Positions 10,295 to 22,198 of a stretch of 64,000 bases of DNA are shown one piece after another. The DNA is from an uncultured Rivularia sp. (GTDB lineage Bacteria > Cyanobacteriota > Cyanobacteriia > Cyanobacteriales > Nostocaceae). The position numbers and the translations under genes were made by a program. The stretch is taken from NCBI GenBank assembly GCA_963665115.1, contig OY762007.1, positions 7,264,001-7,328,000 on the forward strand, in the 5' to 3' direction. The notes below the pieces were generated by a model. That model made no database searches, was not told where the DNA came from, and saw only the letters and a list, made by a program, of their open reading frames with translations. How positions within the stretch are numbered: the first letter of the stretch is position 1; each line of letters starts with the position of its first letter.

Positions 10295-12956
10295 CTAACC
10301 CAATTTACTCACCCAATAGCTAACATCAACTTTTAACTTTCTACCCAATTTCAAAAGTTGACGCAACTGATTTTTATCGCTATCGTTCAATATTTCAGCG
10401 ACGGTTTTCGGCAGTATTTTAGCGTGCAAACAATTAAAGTACAATTCTTGAGAACGTTCTAAGGATATACCTAAACTCAAATGTTCTTCTACTTCAATCA
10501 ATCTTTCTAAGCGCTGTATCTGAAACTCGAAACTACCGCTCGCATCATATAACAATTGCCATAACAAGCGCAAGCTCAATCTTTCTAATATCTGCTTTCC
10601 TTCAGGAAGGTTTAAATTACAGTGCAAATGTTTGGCTTCGTTGGCGATCGCCTCTAATTCTACCAGGTGATTCCAGCTTAACTGCGGTTCCTCGATATCT
10701 TGCTCTAAGGAACGTAACGTCATCATACACCGATATTCTAGGGCAATTTCGGCTGCTGCCTGTAGTTCTTTGGGTGCTTCTAATCCGTCTCGGTGGAATG
10801 CCATCAGCACTCCGTAATTGTCCCGATAAGTTTGAGTATAAAGTTGGTCAACTCGGGAAAGTGTTTCCTGACTCAATAACCGCATCAATCTATGGCGTTC
10901 TTCGGCAAAGAGATTTTGTAAGTTGAAGGATTCTTCACCGAATAGCTGGGTCATCACCAAGATGGTATGAGCGGCGCTACCTTGCTGCAAAGCATTGAAC
11001 AGTTTTTCTTTGAGTTGGGTGTAGCTCCGTTTACCTTCAAATGGCTGGATGCAGCAGTGAAAATCCCAGCCTCCCAGATGCAGTACGGCGAATGCTACTT
11101 GCTGACTTTCCCAAGTTACTTCGGATACTAGTTTCAAATGTCCTACTGCCAGCGTGATGGAACCCAAACGCTGTAGTTGATGGTCTAATTCGTTGGCTGT
11201 ATAGCAATAAATCTGTTTGTGATGCAGTTGCGAATCTTGAATATTGTTTTTGTCCAGCCCCGACCATTTTTCTACGGATTTGTGTCCGTTAAATAAGGAA
11301 GTAATCGCGTAGTGGGCTGCCACCTGTTTAAAGTTAATCTGGGATGGTAACACCAATTGGCGATAAACTTCAGCGCCAGTTCTAAAACTATCAATGTTGG
11401 TGGGAGCTTGTTCGAGTAGTTGTAGAAAATCTTTTTCTAATTGTACCCCTGCTACTTCTGCTGCTAATTCCATCGCGCGGGATGCATAGCGGAGAATTTG
11501 AGTTCCTTCGGGACGGGAAAGTTCTTCAAAAAACCACCCGCAACTAGTAAACATTAATAACGAATGACGCTGCATTTCTAATAAACGCAAAGCGTCTACC
11601 TGTTCGGATGCTTGCAGCTTGTGCTTTTGATGTCGATTCAGGAAGCCCGAAATATTGCTAGCACTGCGATCTAATACGACTTCGACATATTCATCCCGTG
11701 TTTTCCAAGGATCGGAAAAATATTTACTACCTTGTTCAAGATAAACTTCTACCAGTCGATCCCGGAGCCAGTTAAGAGAATCTCGTAATGGTTTGCGCCA
11801 TTTTAAATGCCAGCCGGGGGCACCACCGCAGCCACAATCATCTTGCCATCTATCTACACCGTGGGCGCAACTCCAAGCGGTAACTGGTTTTAATTCAACT
11901 TCCCAGGTGGGAGTATTTAAGCTGAGATAGTGAGCAAAATTAGTTACCGTCCAACCCCTGCCAGGAAATTCTTGGGTAAAAGCATAAGCTAGAGTTTTCT
12001 CGGTACCTTTTTTATGGTGTCCGAAAGTTTCTCCATCTGTCGCTACCGAAATAACTTGAGACTGACGGCGATCGCCACGAACTGCTGCACCAACACGTCC
12101 TGCAAAGTGGCTGGAGTTGTAAACTACATCGCTAAAACCCATGTCGCGGGAAATCGGGGCCGTCATAGAAAAAGATATCGATATATCTACGTTGGAAATT
12201 AGTCTTTTCTGAATCTGGTAAATAACAACGATAAGGGCGAGTGGGATCGATCTGATTTCCCCCAACTTCGTGCCATTCCTCCAAGGTTTCGTCAGGTGTG
12301 GGGATCAAACGACAGCGTTCGGCTTGGGAAGGTGCAAGGATAATGAAGCGGATACCTTCGTTGACTAAAGCTTCCAAAGTTGCATAATCCACAGCAGCTT
12401 CAGCCAACCACATACCCTCGGTATCGCGTCCAAAACGAGAACGGAAATCTGCTTTACCCCAGCGAATCTGGCTTAACTTATCGCGCTCGCTTGCCAACGG
12501 CATAATAATATGATTGTATACTTGCGCGATCGCATTACCGTGACCGTTCAAACGCTCGCTACTTTTTTTATCTGCTTCGATAATTCGCTGATATACGTCA
12601 ATATCGTAGTTTTGCAACCATGACATCAATGTAGGGCCGATATTGAAGCTCATATACTCGAAATTGTTTTCGATCCCCACCACTTCACCATACTCGTTTA
12701 AGATTCTGGCAAAAGCATTGGGACGATAGCACTCATGGTGAATTCGTTCGTTCCAATCGTGAAATGGTGTGGCACCGGGTTGACGCTCAATCGCGTTTAA
12801 ATAGGGGTTTTCCCGTGGTGGCTGATAGAAATGACCGTGTACCGTTACATAGACTCCCGCAGCCGTTTTCAATGGGTTGAGACTACGTTCCACGTTATTT
12901 GCATTATCAATCAAATTTGCACCAACAGCAGTTGGTAACTCAGCTCTCAAAGTCAT
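10295..12956 (-). CDS. Glycoside hydrolase family 57 / DUF3536 protein; one gene split by a +1 frameshift at 12156-12159 (probable sequencing error)
   Basis: HGHFYQPPRENP, GMWLAE, ATDGETFGHH, WSCAHGVDRW and MFTSCGWFF motifs; deleting one G restores FFYDGPISRDMGF and a single frame. Confidence 0.88.
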
Positions 12957-13604
12957 GTAGAGTTATTCCTTTTAGAGGTAAACTTGCAATTGCACCGAAC
13001 AAAACCTAAATCGTTTTCTTACAGAAAGGTATTTTCAGAAATTGTAGATGAAAACTTACAAAAATAATCAAATTTTTAGTTTGTTTGGGCGCTGTTAGAT
13101 TGGCAGATGCATTACAACTTATACTAAATGCCTGCCAGAATTTTTATCAAGAAGTCCTTTTACAAAATACAAGAAAGAATTGACTGTTTCAATTAATCTC
13201 ACGAGCAAAATCTTCCCCGGTAATCAAGTGGAAAAATTTTAATTCTCTCTTAATACATTAGAGCTAATTTTCAGTATAGAATATAATTCGGATTTTTTGA
13301 TTTTTGCAAAGAAAGGTTGCTCGCACTACTTAAAACGTAATCTTATTTTATATATCCGGAAAAAAAAGTAAAACAGTAAAATTTCGGAAGCACGTAAATA
13401 TGGGCTTCGGAGTATCTTGGAGTGTGGTTGTCCTAGTCTTAGATATGTTCAAATAATTTCAGGGATTGATTGTTAAATGAGAAGTAAAGGTTAGTCTTCC
13501 ATTCCCCGGTTCAAATCTGCGGGGGAAGATTCTGACTTCTTAAGATGACAGTCCTTGTTACATAAGACTTGCGGCCATTAACCCACGTCAACTTCAGGTG
13601 ACAA

Positions 13605-14696
13605 ATGTCTGGAAAAAAGATTGTATTTTTCGTTTTGCTGGCTTTTATTCCCGTTTCTTTGGCAGCTAAATATCTCGAATGGGGCGACTTAACCATATTC
13701 ATCGCCGCTGGATTGGCAATAATCCCATTAGCAGCTTGGATGGGTACAGCTACAGAAGAAATTGCCGTAGTAGTAGGACCTAACCTTGGAGGGTTACTAA
13801 ATGCCACCTTTGGTAATGCTACAGAATTGATTATCGCCATAATTGCGCTTAGGGCTGGTTATGTAAACGTAGTAAAAGCGAGTATTACGGGTTCGATTAT
13901 TAGTAACTTGCTTTTGGTGATGGGATTTTCCATGTTGTTGGGCGGAATCCGCTACAAAGAACAAACATTTCAATCATTAGTAGCGCGGATGAATGCAGCA
14001 GCCATGAATTTGGCGGTAATCGCTATTTTGGTACCAACAGCGGTTAACTATACTTCAGAAGGAATTAGCGAAACAACTTTGCAAAACCTTTCTCTTGCTG
14101 TAGCAGTAATTTTGATAGTTGTTTATCTTCTGACTTTAGTATTTTCAATGAAAACTCACTCATATTTGTACGATGTGGGTTTAGCGGAAACGGAATTAGC
14201 GGCAGCCGAGGAAGATAAACCAAATCTTCCTTTATGGGGTGGAGTATTACTTGTATGCACCCTTTTTGTCGCCTTTGAGTCAGAACTATTAGTTGATTCT
14301 TTAGAAGTAGCTACATCAAAACTTGGTTTAACGGCATTATTTACTGGAGTAATAGTAGTGCCCATTATTGGTAACGCCGCAGAACACGCTACAGCCGTTA
14401 CCGTAGCCATGAAAAACAAAATGGATCTTTCGGTTTCGGTAGCCGTTGGTTCCACGATGCAGATAGCCCTTTTTGTTGCTCCTCTTTTAGTAATTATTGG
14501 CAAAATAATAGGACAGCCAATGGACTTAGATTTTCACCCATTTGAACTAGTAGCGGTTGCAGCCTCAGTATTAATTGCGAACACCATCAGTTCTGATGGA
14601 AAATCAAACTGGTTAGAAGGAACTTTACTGCTAGCAACCTACGCTGTCTTAGGATTTGCTTTCTTCTTCCATCCCGTAATCGAAGGAATTGGGTGA
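13605..14696 (+). CDS. cax: Calcium/proton exchanger (CAX/ChaA)
   Basis: GGLLNATFGNATELII and PIIGNAAEH alpha-repeat motifs. Confidence 0.93.
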   Translation: MSGKKIVFFVLLAFIPVSLAAKYLEWGDLTIFIAAGLAIIPLAAWMGTATEEIAVVVGPNLGGLLNATFGNATELIIAIIALRAGYVNVVKASITGSIISNLLLVMGFSMLLGGIRYKEQTFQSLVARMNAAAMNLAVIAILVPTAVNYTSEGISETTLQNLSLAVAVILIVVYLLTLVFSMKTHSYLYDVGLAETELAAAEEDKPNLPLWGGVLLVCTLFVAFESELLVDSLEVATSKLGLTALFTGVIVVPIIGNAAEHATAVTVAMKNKMDLSVSVAVGSTMQIALFVAPLLVIIGKIIGQPMDLDFHPFELVAVAASVLIANTISSDGKSNWLEGTLLLATYAVLGFAFFFHPVIEGIG

Positions 14697-14884
14697 GATT
14701 GGGCATTGGGATAGATTGCGGAGTTGGAAATTAGGAGTAATTAAGGTCAAAGGTTAAAAGTTAAAATTCTCCTTGTCCCCTTGTCTCCTTGTCTCCCCAT
14801 CTCCCCCCAACGGGTACTTCAAAGAATTATGACTCTGAATTAAGCTGTAGAGATGAAATCGTAGTTCATGGAGGTATGAACTAT

Positions 14885-14916
14885 AACCACAGATAAAATT
14901 TTATCTGTGGTTTTTT
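14885..14916 (+). terminator. Perfect 28-bp palindrome followed by a T-run (intrinsic terminator)
   Basis: AACCACAGATAAAA|TTTTATCTGTGGTT-TTTT. Confidence 0.65.
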
Positions 14917-15030
14917 CTGAAATGGGATAACATCTACTAATTATTGGTGTACATTTAATTAACTTGAAAAGCTATTCGCACACAGAGGCAATTGCTTGGC
15001 TGTCTAGATAAGGTGTAACTAAGGATTTGT

Positions 15031-15291
15031 ATGAAAGAAAATATCAATCAAAAACTATCTATGATATTACAACCAACATCTGTGAATAGATTACCAACTT
15101 TACGTTTTGGGGATAGAGGTAATTCTGTCAGAATTTTGCAACGGCTTTTAGTCGCTAAACGCTACCCTATCAGTATTGACGGTGATTTTGGCGTTTTAAC
15201 TGAAACGGCTGTTAAAGCTTTTCAAAGTCGTCGAGGTTTAAGTACAGATGGTATTGTTGGTCCTAGAACTTGGCGAGCTTTATCGACTTGA
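15031..15291 (+). CDS. Single peptidoglycan-binding (PG_binding_1) domain protein
   Basis: LRFGDRGNSVRILQRLL...IDGDFGVLTETAVKAFQ...GLSTDGIVGPRTW. Confidence 0.88.
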   Translation: MKENINQKLSMILQPTSVNRLPTLRFGDRGNSVRILQRLLVAKRYPISIDGDFGVLTETAVKAFQSRRGLSTDGIVGPRTWRALST

Positions 15292-15523
15292 AAATGAAGC
15301 TTGAAAATAAAGGAAATTGGGAATGGGGAACGGGCAACAGTAAATTTATTGAGAACACTTTTAAATAATATTAATAACTTTTTTTAGTGGTGCGCTGCGC
15401 TCGATTCTAATATCGTTACAAGCTTGATTTCTTACAATATAGGAAACCTGCGTATATTCTTGAAAAATACTTAATATACAAATTATTTCTCTGTTTCCTA
15501 TTCCCCGTTCCCTAATGATAATT

Positions 15524-17983
15524 TTAACTAATTACGACATATCTTTCTTTAGATTTTTTTTTAATGAATTGCGATTCATTTGGTGCAATAAGTGGCAATC
15601 TAACTGTAAATGTAGAACCTTTTCCAATTCCTGGGCTTTCTACACAAACGCTACCGCCGTGCAATTCGACTATATGACGTACAATCGATAATCCTAATCC
15701 CAATCCATTATGCGCTCTGGAGCTAGAACTATCACCTTGACGAAAACGGTCAAAAACGTAAGGAATAAATTCAGAATCTATACCTATTCCCATATCACGA
15801 ACTTGAATTACGGCATAGGATAATGAATTGTTTGTTGTTTTCTCTTCTAATAAGCTTACCTCTATACAGCCGCCACAGGAGCTAAACTTAATCGCATTAG
15901 AAAGTAAATTCCACATTACTTGCCTTAAACGTTCGCGATCGCCAGCAACTAAGAAATGACTATCTTTCTGTATCGCATCATCAGAAGCAGGAATTGCATT
16001 TAGTGATGCAAGGTGTTTTAACGACTCAATAGTATCTGCAAATTTTGCATTCTCTATATATTTATCCATTTCCAAACTTTTGTGAGATGATAATTTAATT
16101 TCTATTTGCTTGGCAAGACTTGCCGAACGTAAGTTTTCAACAACTGTGGCAATAATTGAAGCTAAATTACAATTTTCTATATTAAGCTGCATTTTACCTT
16201 GAATAGTCCGTGACATATCAAGTAATTCTTCGATAATATTATTTAATTCTCTACCATTACGCTCAATAGATTCTAAAGCTTTTGATGTAGTGCTTTCGTC
16301 AAGCTTGCGAACCTGTAAATACTGCGCCCATCCTAAGATGCTATTTAATGGCGATCGTAATTCATGAGATAAAATAGCCAGGAATTCATCTTTTATGTGA
16401 TTGGCTTGTTGTAGCGAATTCATTAGATTGGCTCGTTGAATAGAAGAGGCTATCTGATTGCAGACTGCCTGCATTATACCTATTTCGTAATCGTTAAAGC
16501 CCGAACGAGTTCGACTTGCAAAGCTAATCGTCCCTAAAAGCTGCTCTTGGGCTATTAACGGACAACAGTAATAAGCTAAAACACCTAAACTACGAATCGA
16601 TTCTGTTTCCAAGTCGTTTGACTGCGGTACATTTTCTATATTAATCGCGCAACGCTCTACAGCTACGGTACCGCTAATTCCTTGACCAAATTTTTGTTGT
16701 TGAAAATATTTTGCTTGAGAAGAAGTAATTCCACTATAGGAATTTAATTGAATTCTTTGATAGTTTTGATCGGCTGAATAGTATAGATAGCAATCTAAGC
16801 CTAACTGATCTGCAATTTCACTATATAAGACTTCAATTAATTCTTCTGGCTGTTGAAAAGATATTAAATCGTTAGTTGTGTCAAATACTAATTTAAGTCT
16901 GTCATTGCCTAATTTAAGAGATGCTTCTAACTGCTTTAGCTGAGAAACATCTTGGAATAAAGCTACACAAGTAGCCCGATAACCATTTATTGGAGGTAAT
17001 GCATCTGCAAATACCTTTACTTGGTAAATATTATCTTTTTCATGCCAGTTAATCTCAACTCCTTCGAGTCTCTCACCTTTTGCAACCCGTGTCAGAGGCG
17101 TAAGTTCGTTGGGAATTGCTTTTCCTTGAGCATCGCTGAAACGGTACAATTTGCTGTATTCTTCCTGAGATTGCGCTAGAGGAAATGTACCACCTGCCAT
17201 TTTGTTGGCTGCTTTATTCGCAAAAGTCACTCTAGCTGTTCCCGGTTCAATTAATAACAGCGGTGCTGGAATCATATTAAGTAGATGCTCCAACCAATGC
17301 TGCTCGCAAACGGTATTTGGTTCAATTTGATTGCATTCGCTCACATGAACCATATATTGAGGTTCTTTAACAATATCTTCGACATAAGTACAGCCCACCT
17401 TAATTTTAATTTGCGTACCATCAGCACAAATTAAATTTTTCTTATAGGGCTTGCCATTTCCAACCGCTTTGGCTTGAGAAAAGCATTGATTCTCTACATC
17501 TTTATACTCTGAGGGAGTAATATCAAACCAATTCAATTTACCCGCTTGCAAATAAGAATTTGTGTAGCCTGTTATTCGCAGAAATTCGTCGTTTGCTATA
17601 CAGATAATACCATCGGCATTTACTTCTAAAATACCAATAAAATTTGTATCTACAAACCTTTTAAACCTCACTTCATTTTCTCTTAATGCATTCATCGCTT
17701 TATCGCGTTGAAAAAAAGCACCTTCAACTATTTTGGTACCTTTCCAAATCAATATTATAAAAACTGCTATTATTATCAATGCTTCGGCAACAATCGTAAA
17801 AGCCGAATCAGATAGCAGAAAATTTTCATCCCGACTAAATAACCACCCTGTTTCACAGAGAATTGCAATAACGATAAACGATACTAATATGCGTGCAACT
17901 TTAAAAAATTGTAAATGCACTATATTTTGACCCGAATTAGTTTGGCGTGAGTGGTTAATATAAGACATTGATTGTTTCATCAC
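15524..17983 (-). CDS. Membrane-anchored PAS-PAS-GAF sensor histidine kinase (no receiver domain)
   Basis: Two N-terminal TM helices; LSHELRSPL H-box, NLLSNAIKF N-box, DMGIGI, GLGLGL. Confidence 0.9.
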   Translation of the reverse strand: MMKQSMSYINHSRQTNSGQNIVHLQFFKVARILVSFIVIAILCETGWLFSRDENFLLSDSAFTIVAEALIIIAVFIILIWKGTKIVEGAFFQRDKAMNALRENEVRFKRFVDTNFIGILEVNADGIICIANDEFLRITGYTNSYLQAGKLNWFDITPSEYKDVENQCFSQAKAVGNGKPYKKNLICADGTQIKIKVGCTYVEDIVKEPQYMVHVSECNQIEPNTVCEQHWLEHLLNMIPAPLLLIEPGTARVTFANKAANKMAGGTFPLAQSQEEYSKLYRFSDAQGKAIPNELTPLTRVAKGERLEGVEINWHEKDNIYQVKVFADALPPINGYRATCVALFQDVSQLKQLEASLKLGNDRLKLVFDTTNDLISFQQPEELIEVLYSEIADQLGLDCYLYYSADQNYQRIQLNSYSGITSSQAKYFQQQKFGQGISGTVAVERCAINIENVPQSNDLETESIRSLGVLAYYCCPLIAQEQLLGTISFASRTRSGFNDYEIGIMQAVCNQIASSIQRANLMNSLQQANHIKDEFLAILSHELRSPLNSILGWAQYLQVRKLDESTTSKALESIERNGRELNNIIEELLDMSRTIQGKMQLNIENCNLASIIATVVENLRSASLAKQIEIKLSSHKSLEMDKYIENAKFADTIESLKHLASLNAIPASDDAIQKDSHFLVAGDRERLRQVMWNLLSNAIKFSSCGGCIEVSLLEEKTTNNSLSYAVIQVRDMGIGIDSEFIPYVFDRFRQGDSSSSRAHNGLGLGLSIVRHIVELHGGSVCVESPGIGKGSTFTVRLPLIAPNESQFIKKKSKERYVVIS

Positions 17984-18972
17984 CGCATCTACCTAGCGCG
18001 GTAAATTCTGGTAGTTCTGGCGAATGGTATATAAGGTTTCAATAGTATGATATGTTACCCCTGGGTAGATACTGCATCTACCTTTGTACATATTTTATTT
18101 TTTTCGATAGAAAGTAACAAATTTATGTAAATTTCAATTAAAGTCTTTCCGCTATTTGCTATCTATTTAACTGCGAAATGGCTATATTTATGCTTAATTT
18201 AGATATTCTTAAGCATTTAAATGGCGTAGCAGCTTTATAATGATTATTCTCTACAAACAAAATTACTGGTTTGCGATCGATCGTGACAAACCAGCCTAGT
18301 ACAGATAATTTCACTTCTATTACTTAAACTTATAGTCAAATAGGTTGAATTAGTAAGTATTCAAAAAACTATGCTGCATATTATCCTCTAAAATAATAAA
18401 TTCAAAATTAATTGGTCGCCCTTGACGTTTAAGTTGACAGTAAAGTGCGAATTATATTGATTGGATATGTAGCTTCTATAAAAAGGATAAACAGGAAAAA
18501 TTATGCTGTTATAAAGAATGGAATTGTAGGGATACAAAACAGATTTTTTTCGGAACTAAAAGCGATTAAACCTCGTCGCAAACACTGCATTACTTGTAAT
18601 TTTAAAAAGATACGTACAGACGGCAATTATTACTAAAAACCTAGATAAATTTTGAGATAGTTAGAAAAATAGATGAAATTGATAAATTTTTGGGAACAGT
18701 TTTTCGTTAATCTTGCGTCATCAGGGGAAAGAGAATCGTTTATTCTACTGGAGTTAGATTACTCCGAAATAATTCGTAGTTCTCTATTGTGTTCCCAGTA
18801 GTTACTACTGTTAGTTGTAATTACCAAAAACGAATTGATAATTACGAGACTTCAGTATACCCAATACTGTAAATGTCAATATATTTTTCAATATCCCGGT
18901 TTTTTCCCCTTTCCATTAGGGCAGCAGGTGGGTTAACAATGTGATGTATGTGTCTCAAATGATTCAAAAGTT

Positions 18973-19222
18973 ATGCCTAGAAGTGCAAGTGAATACGCAG
19001 TATACCTATTATTGGAAAGCGGGACACCGGGAAGAAGTGCGTTTTCCCACTATTCAGGAGTTTCAGAAGTGGTACAGCGGCGAGCTAATGCCCAAAGCTG
19101 CTTCTGATGACTTTATAAACGTGCCAATTAAAAATATAAGCGGCGAGTACATGGTACTTCGTCCTTCTAAGGTTGTTGCGATTCGAGTTGAGCCGATATT
19201 TAGTTCTAGTATTGAAAGATAG
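18973..19222 (+). CDS. Conserved cyanobacterial hypothetical protein (~82 aa) with apparent +1 frameshift at 19021-19024
   Basis: ATG 18973 gives MPRSASEYAVYLLLESG, which joins HREEVRFPTIQEFQKWY... if one base is removed; span is 3n+1. Confidence 0.7.
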
Positions 19223-19232
19223 ATTTACATAA

Positions 19233-20567
19233 ATGATGAGAAAAACCCTTGCTTTGTTTTCCTTGAGCCTGGGAATTGCTTTAGTGAGCCAGGTGCCTTC
19301 GGTTATCGCTCAGATGCCGATTATGACACCGCCTCCATTACCAAGTTCTCCTAGAAGAGCAGTACCGCAACCGCCGCGCCCTGTGGTTATACCGACTACT
19401 CGAACAGTACCGCAACCGCAACCGCAACCGCGCCCATTAATGAGGATGACTCCGGTACCTCCACTAAAACCAATTGGTTTATCCGACAACTGTACGCCTA
19501 AATACGCTTGTTTGGGTTGGGATGAGCAACTTTTTTGGGGTGGAAAAGGCAAAGGTAAAGCTGGCGATCGCTCGGCATTAATTCAATCAATCAATCATAG
19601 TTTGAGTTATTTAGAAAAACCCAGCGCTGCCAAAAAATATGAAAATTATCCCGTCAAGGAAATTACGTTAGATCGGGTGCGTCGTAGTTTGTTACGTTTT
19701 CGCGAATTGGTGCGTACATCAAAATCCGCAGCAGAATTGCAAAATGCAGTTCGACGCGAGTTTCAGTTTTACAAATCAACCGGCAACGACGGCAAGGGTA
19801 CGGTTAAATTTACCGCATATTATAAGCCGGTTTACGAAGCAAGTCGCGTTCGTACCAAAGAGTACAAGTATCCCCTTTATCGACTACCTCCTGACTTTAA
19901 ACAATGGCAAAAACCACACCCTACAAGATTAGAACTTGAAGGTAAAGATGCTTTGTTAGGTAAAGATAGCCGTTTAAATGGCTTAGAATTATTCTGGTTT
20001 AAAAACCGCTTTGATGCATACTTAGTTCACATCCAAGGTTCCGCAAAACTTAATTTGACCGATGGTACCGTTACAGGTGTCGGTTACGCTGGTGCAACCG
20101 ATTATCCTTGGACGAGCATTGGTAGAGCATTACTCAATGACGGAAGAATAACCCGCAAACAAACCACAATGCCGGGTATTATTAACTTTTTCGAGCGAAA
20201 TCCCCGCGCTATGGATGATTATTTACCAGTTTGGGAGCGTTTTGTTTTCTTTAAAGATAAAGGTAATATACCTGCTATCGGTAGTATCAACGCACCACTT
20301 ACTCCAGAACGTTCCATCGCTACAGACAAATCTTTAATGCCTCCGGGTGCATTGGCCTTAGTTAACACAAGATTTCCTTATGTTGGATATGGTGGAAGAT
20401 TAATCTATCGCAAAGTCAGTAGATTTGTACTAGACCAAGACACAGGTAGCGCCATCAAGACACCCGGAAGAGTTGATTACTTTATGGGTACCGGAAAAGT
20501 AGCGGGCGATCGCGCTGGTGTTACAGGCGGTGCAGGCTCATTATACTATTTGCTGTTGAAGAAATAA
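19233..20567 (+). CDS. mltA: Lytic murein transglycosylase A with Pro-rich N-terminal linker
   Basis: Signal peptide; FTAYYKP, HIQGSA, SIATD and QDTGSAIKTPGRVDYFMG (MltA/3D) motifs. Confidence 0.92.
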   Translation: MMRKTLALFSLSLGIALVSQVPSVIAQMPIMTPPPLPSSPRRAVPQPPRPVVIPTTRTVPQPQPQPRPLMRMTPVPPLKPIGLSDNCTPKYACLGWDEQLFWGGKGKGKAGDRSALIQSINHSLSYLEKPSAAKKYENYPVKEITLDRVRRSLLRFRELVRTSKSAAELQNAVRREFQFYKSTGNDGKGTVKFTAYYKPVYEASRVRTKEYKYPLYRLPPDFKQWQKPHPTRLELEGKDALLGKDSRLNGLELFWFKNRFDAYLVHIQGSAKLNLTDGTVTGVGYAGATDYPWTSIGRALLNDGRITRKQTTMPGIINFFERNPRAMDDYLPVWERFVFFKDKGNIPAIGSINAPLTPERSIATDKSLMPPGALALVNTRFPYVGYGGRLIYRKVSRFVLDQDTGSAIKTPGRVDYFMGTGKVAGDRAGVTGGAGSLYYLLLKK

Positions 20568-20955
20568 TAAAGGGCATGGGGCATTGTAAATACAGTGTTT
20601 TTCCCTCTTGCCTTTAAACATCAAGTCCTTGGTTAGGAATAAAAGGAGTGAGGAGTTGTTTTAAGTTAACGACTCTTAACTCCTTATTTTTTTGGGCATA
20701 AATTTTCATACATAATTTATGCAATACTTTTCGATGTTCGGTTAAATTTTTCACTTAACAAAATGTCTGGTTAATTACTTATTTGAGCGTATATAGAAAA
20801 ATTGCTTACTATTTTTGTCGGTTTAGCCAGTGTTTGCACTTGAAATAACTAATAGATTTTCTGTTCCCCATTACCTAATCCCTTAAAGAACAAAATATCT
20901 GCCAAAAACGACAAATTAAAAAGTCTTGTAAATAATTCTTACTCAAATTGCAAAA

Positions 20956-21999
20956 ATGAAATTCAGCCTCATAGTCAAAAAACTGGGTGAAGCAGCAACT
21001 AATTCTAGTCTCGATAACTTGCCAAATCTCGATCCAGAAATTACACAATTAGCGGCGATTGACGAAGCAACAACTGGCACTATTAGCTATATAGAAGGTG
21101 CTAAATTTGCGAGTGCGGTAGATGCAACAACTGCTAATGCTCTGATTTTACCTGCCGACGAATCATTACAGTCAAAAGCACAAGAAAAAGGAATTGCTTG
21201 GATAGCAGCCAAAGAGCCGCGATTATTATTCGCTCAAACAATCAATATATTTTATCAACCTTGGCAGCCCGCTCCAGAAATTCATCCCAGCGCCATAATT
21301 CATGAAAGTGCAAAAATTGGTAAAGATGTTTATATCGGTGCCCATGTTGTAATTCAACAAAATGTCGAAATTGGCGATCGCGTTTGCATTCATCCCAACG
21401 TTGCGATCTATCCAGATGTAAAAATTGGCGATCGCACTGTTTTACACGCTAACTGTAGCATTCACGAACGTTCTCGCATTGGAGCGGATTGCGTAATTCA
21501 TAGCGGTACGGTTATCGGTGCTGAAGGCTTCGGTTTTGTTCCCACAAAAGAAGGCTGGTTCAAAATGGAGCAATCTGGCTATACAGTTTTAGAAGATAAA
21601 GTAGAAATTGGCTCTAACAGTGCTGTAGATCGTCCTGCTGTGGGGGAAACCCGTATTGGTAGCAATACAGTTATTGATAATTTAGTACAAATAGGGCACG
21701 GTACAAAAGTCGGTTTCGGTTGTGCGATCGCCGGACAAACCGCGACAGCCGGAGGAGTGCAAATAGGCAATCGCGTTATCATTGCCGGACAATCCGGAAT
21801 TGCCAATCAAGTCAAAATCGGTGATGGTGCGATTGTATCCGCAAAAGCCGGGGTTCATAGTAACGTTGCACCAGGAGAAATTGTCTCAGGAAACCCAGCC
21901 ATACCTTACAAAATATATTTAAAATCCAATGCGATTATTCAAAAATTACCAGAAATTTATCAGTACATCAGAAAATTGCAGCGAAAATTCAAGGAATAG
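20956..21999 (+). CDS. lpxD: UDP-3-O-(3-hydroxyacyl)glucosamine N-acyltransferase
   Basis: Hexapeptide repeats; IGAEGFGF and IDNLVQIGH motifs. Confidence 0.95.
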   Translation: MKFSLIVKKLGEAATNSSLDNLPNLDPEITQLAAIDEATTGTISYIEGAKFASAVDATTANALILPADESLQSKAQEKGIAWIAAKEPRLLFAQTINIFYQPWQPAPEIHPSAIIHESAKIGKDVYIGAHVVIQQNVEIGDRVCIHPNVAIYPDVKIGDRTVLHANCSIHERSRIGADCVIHSGTVIGAEGFGFVPTKEGWFKMEQSGYTVLEDKVEIGSNSAVDRPAVGETRIGSNTVIDNLVQIGHGTKVGFGCAIAGQTATAGGVQIGNRVIIAGQSGIANQVKIGDGAIVSAKAGVHSNVAPGEIVSGNPAIPYKIYLKSNAIIQKLPEIYQYIRKLQRKFKE

Positions 22000-22198
22000 G
22001 ACAATTCAATTTTGGATTTTGGATTTTGGATTTTAGATTGAGTAGTAATTATATAAATAATGCAGGCTTAAGTACTTATCTATATTTCCAAATCAAAATA
22101 GATGACACCCGATTTTGATTCAAGGTCGGGTTTTCAAGTACTAATACTTTCTACTTTCTACTTTCTACTTTCTGCTGCCTGTTCCCTATTCCCTTTAT

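Noticed and set aside
10295..12956. Programmed ribosomal frameshift or true pseudogene for GH57
   Set aside because: No slippery heptamer, no other decay, and the same GGGCC-linked +1 indel occurs in three other genes
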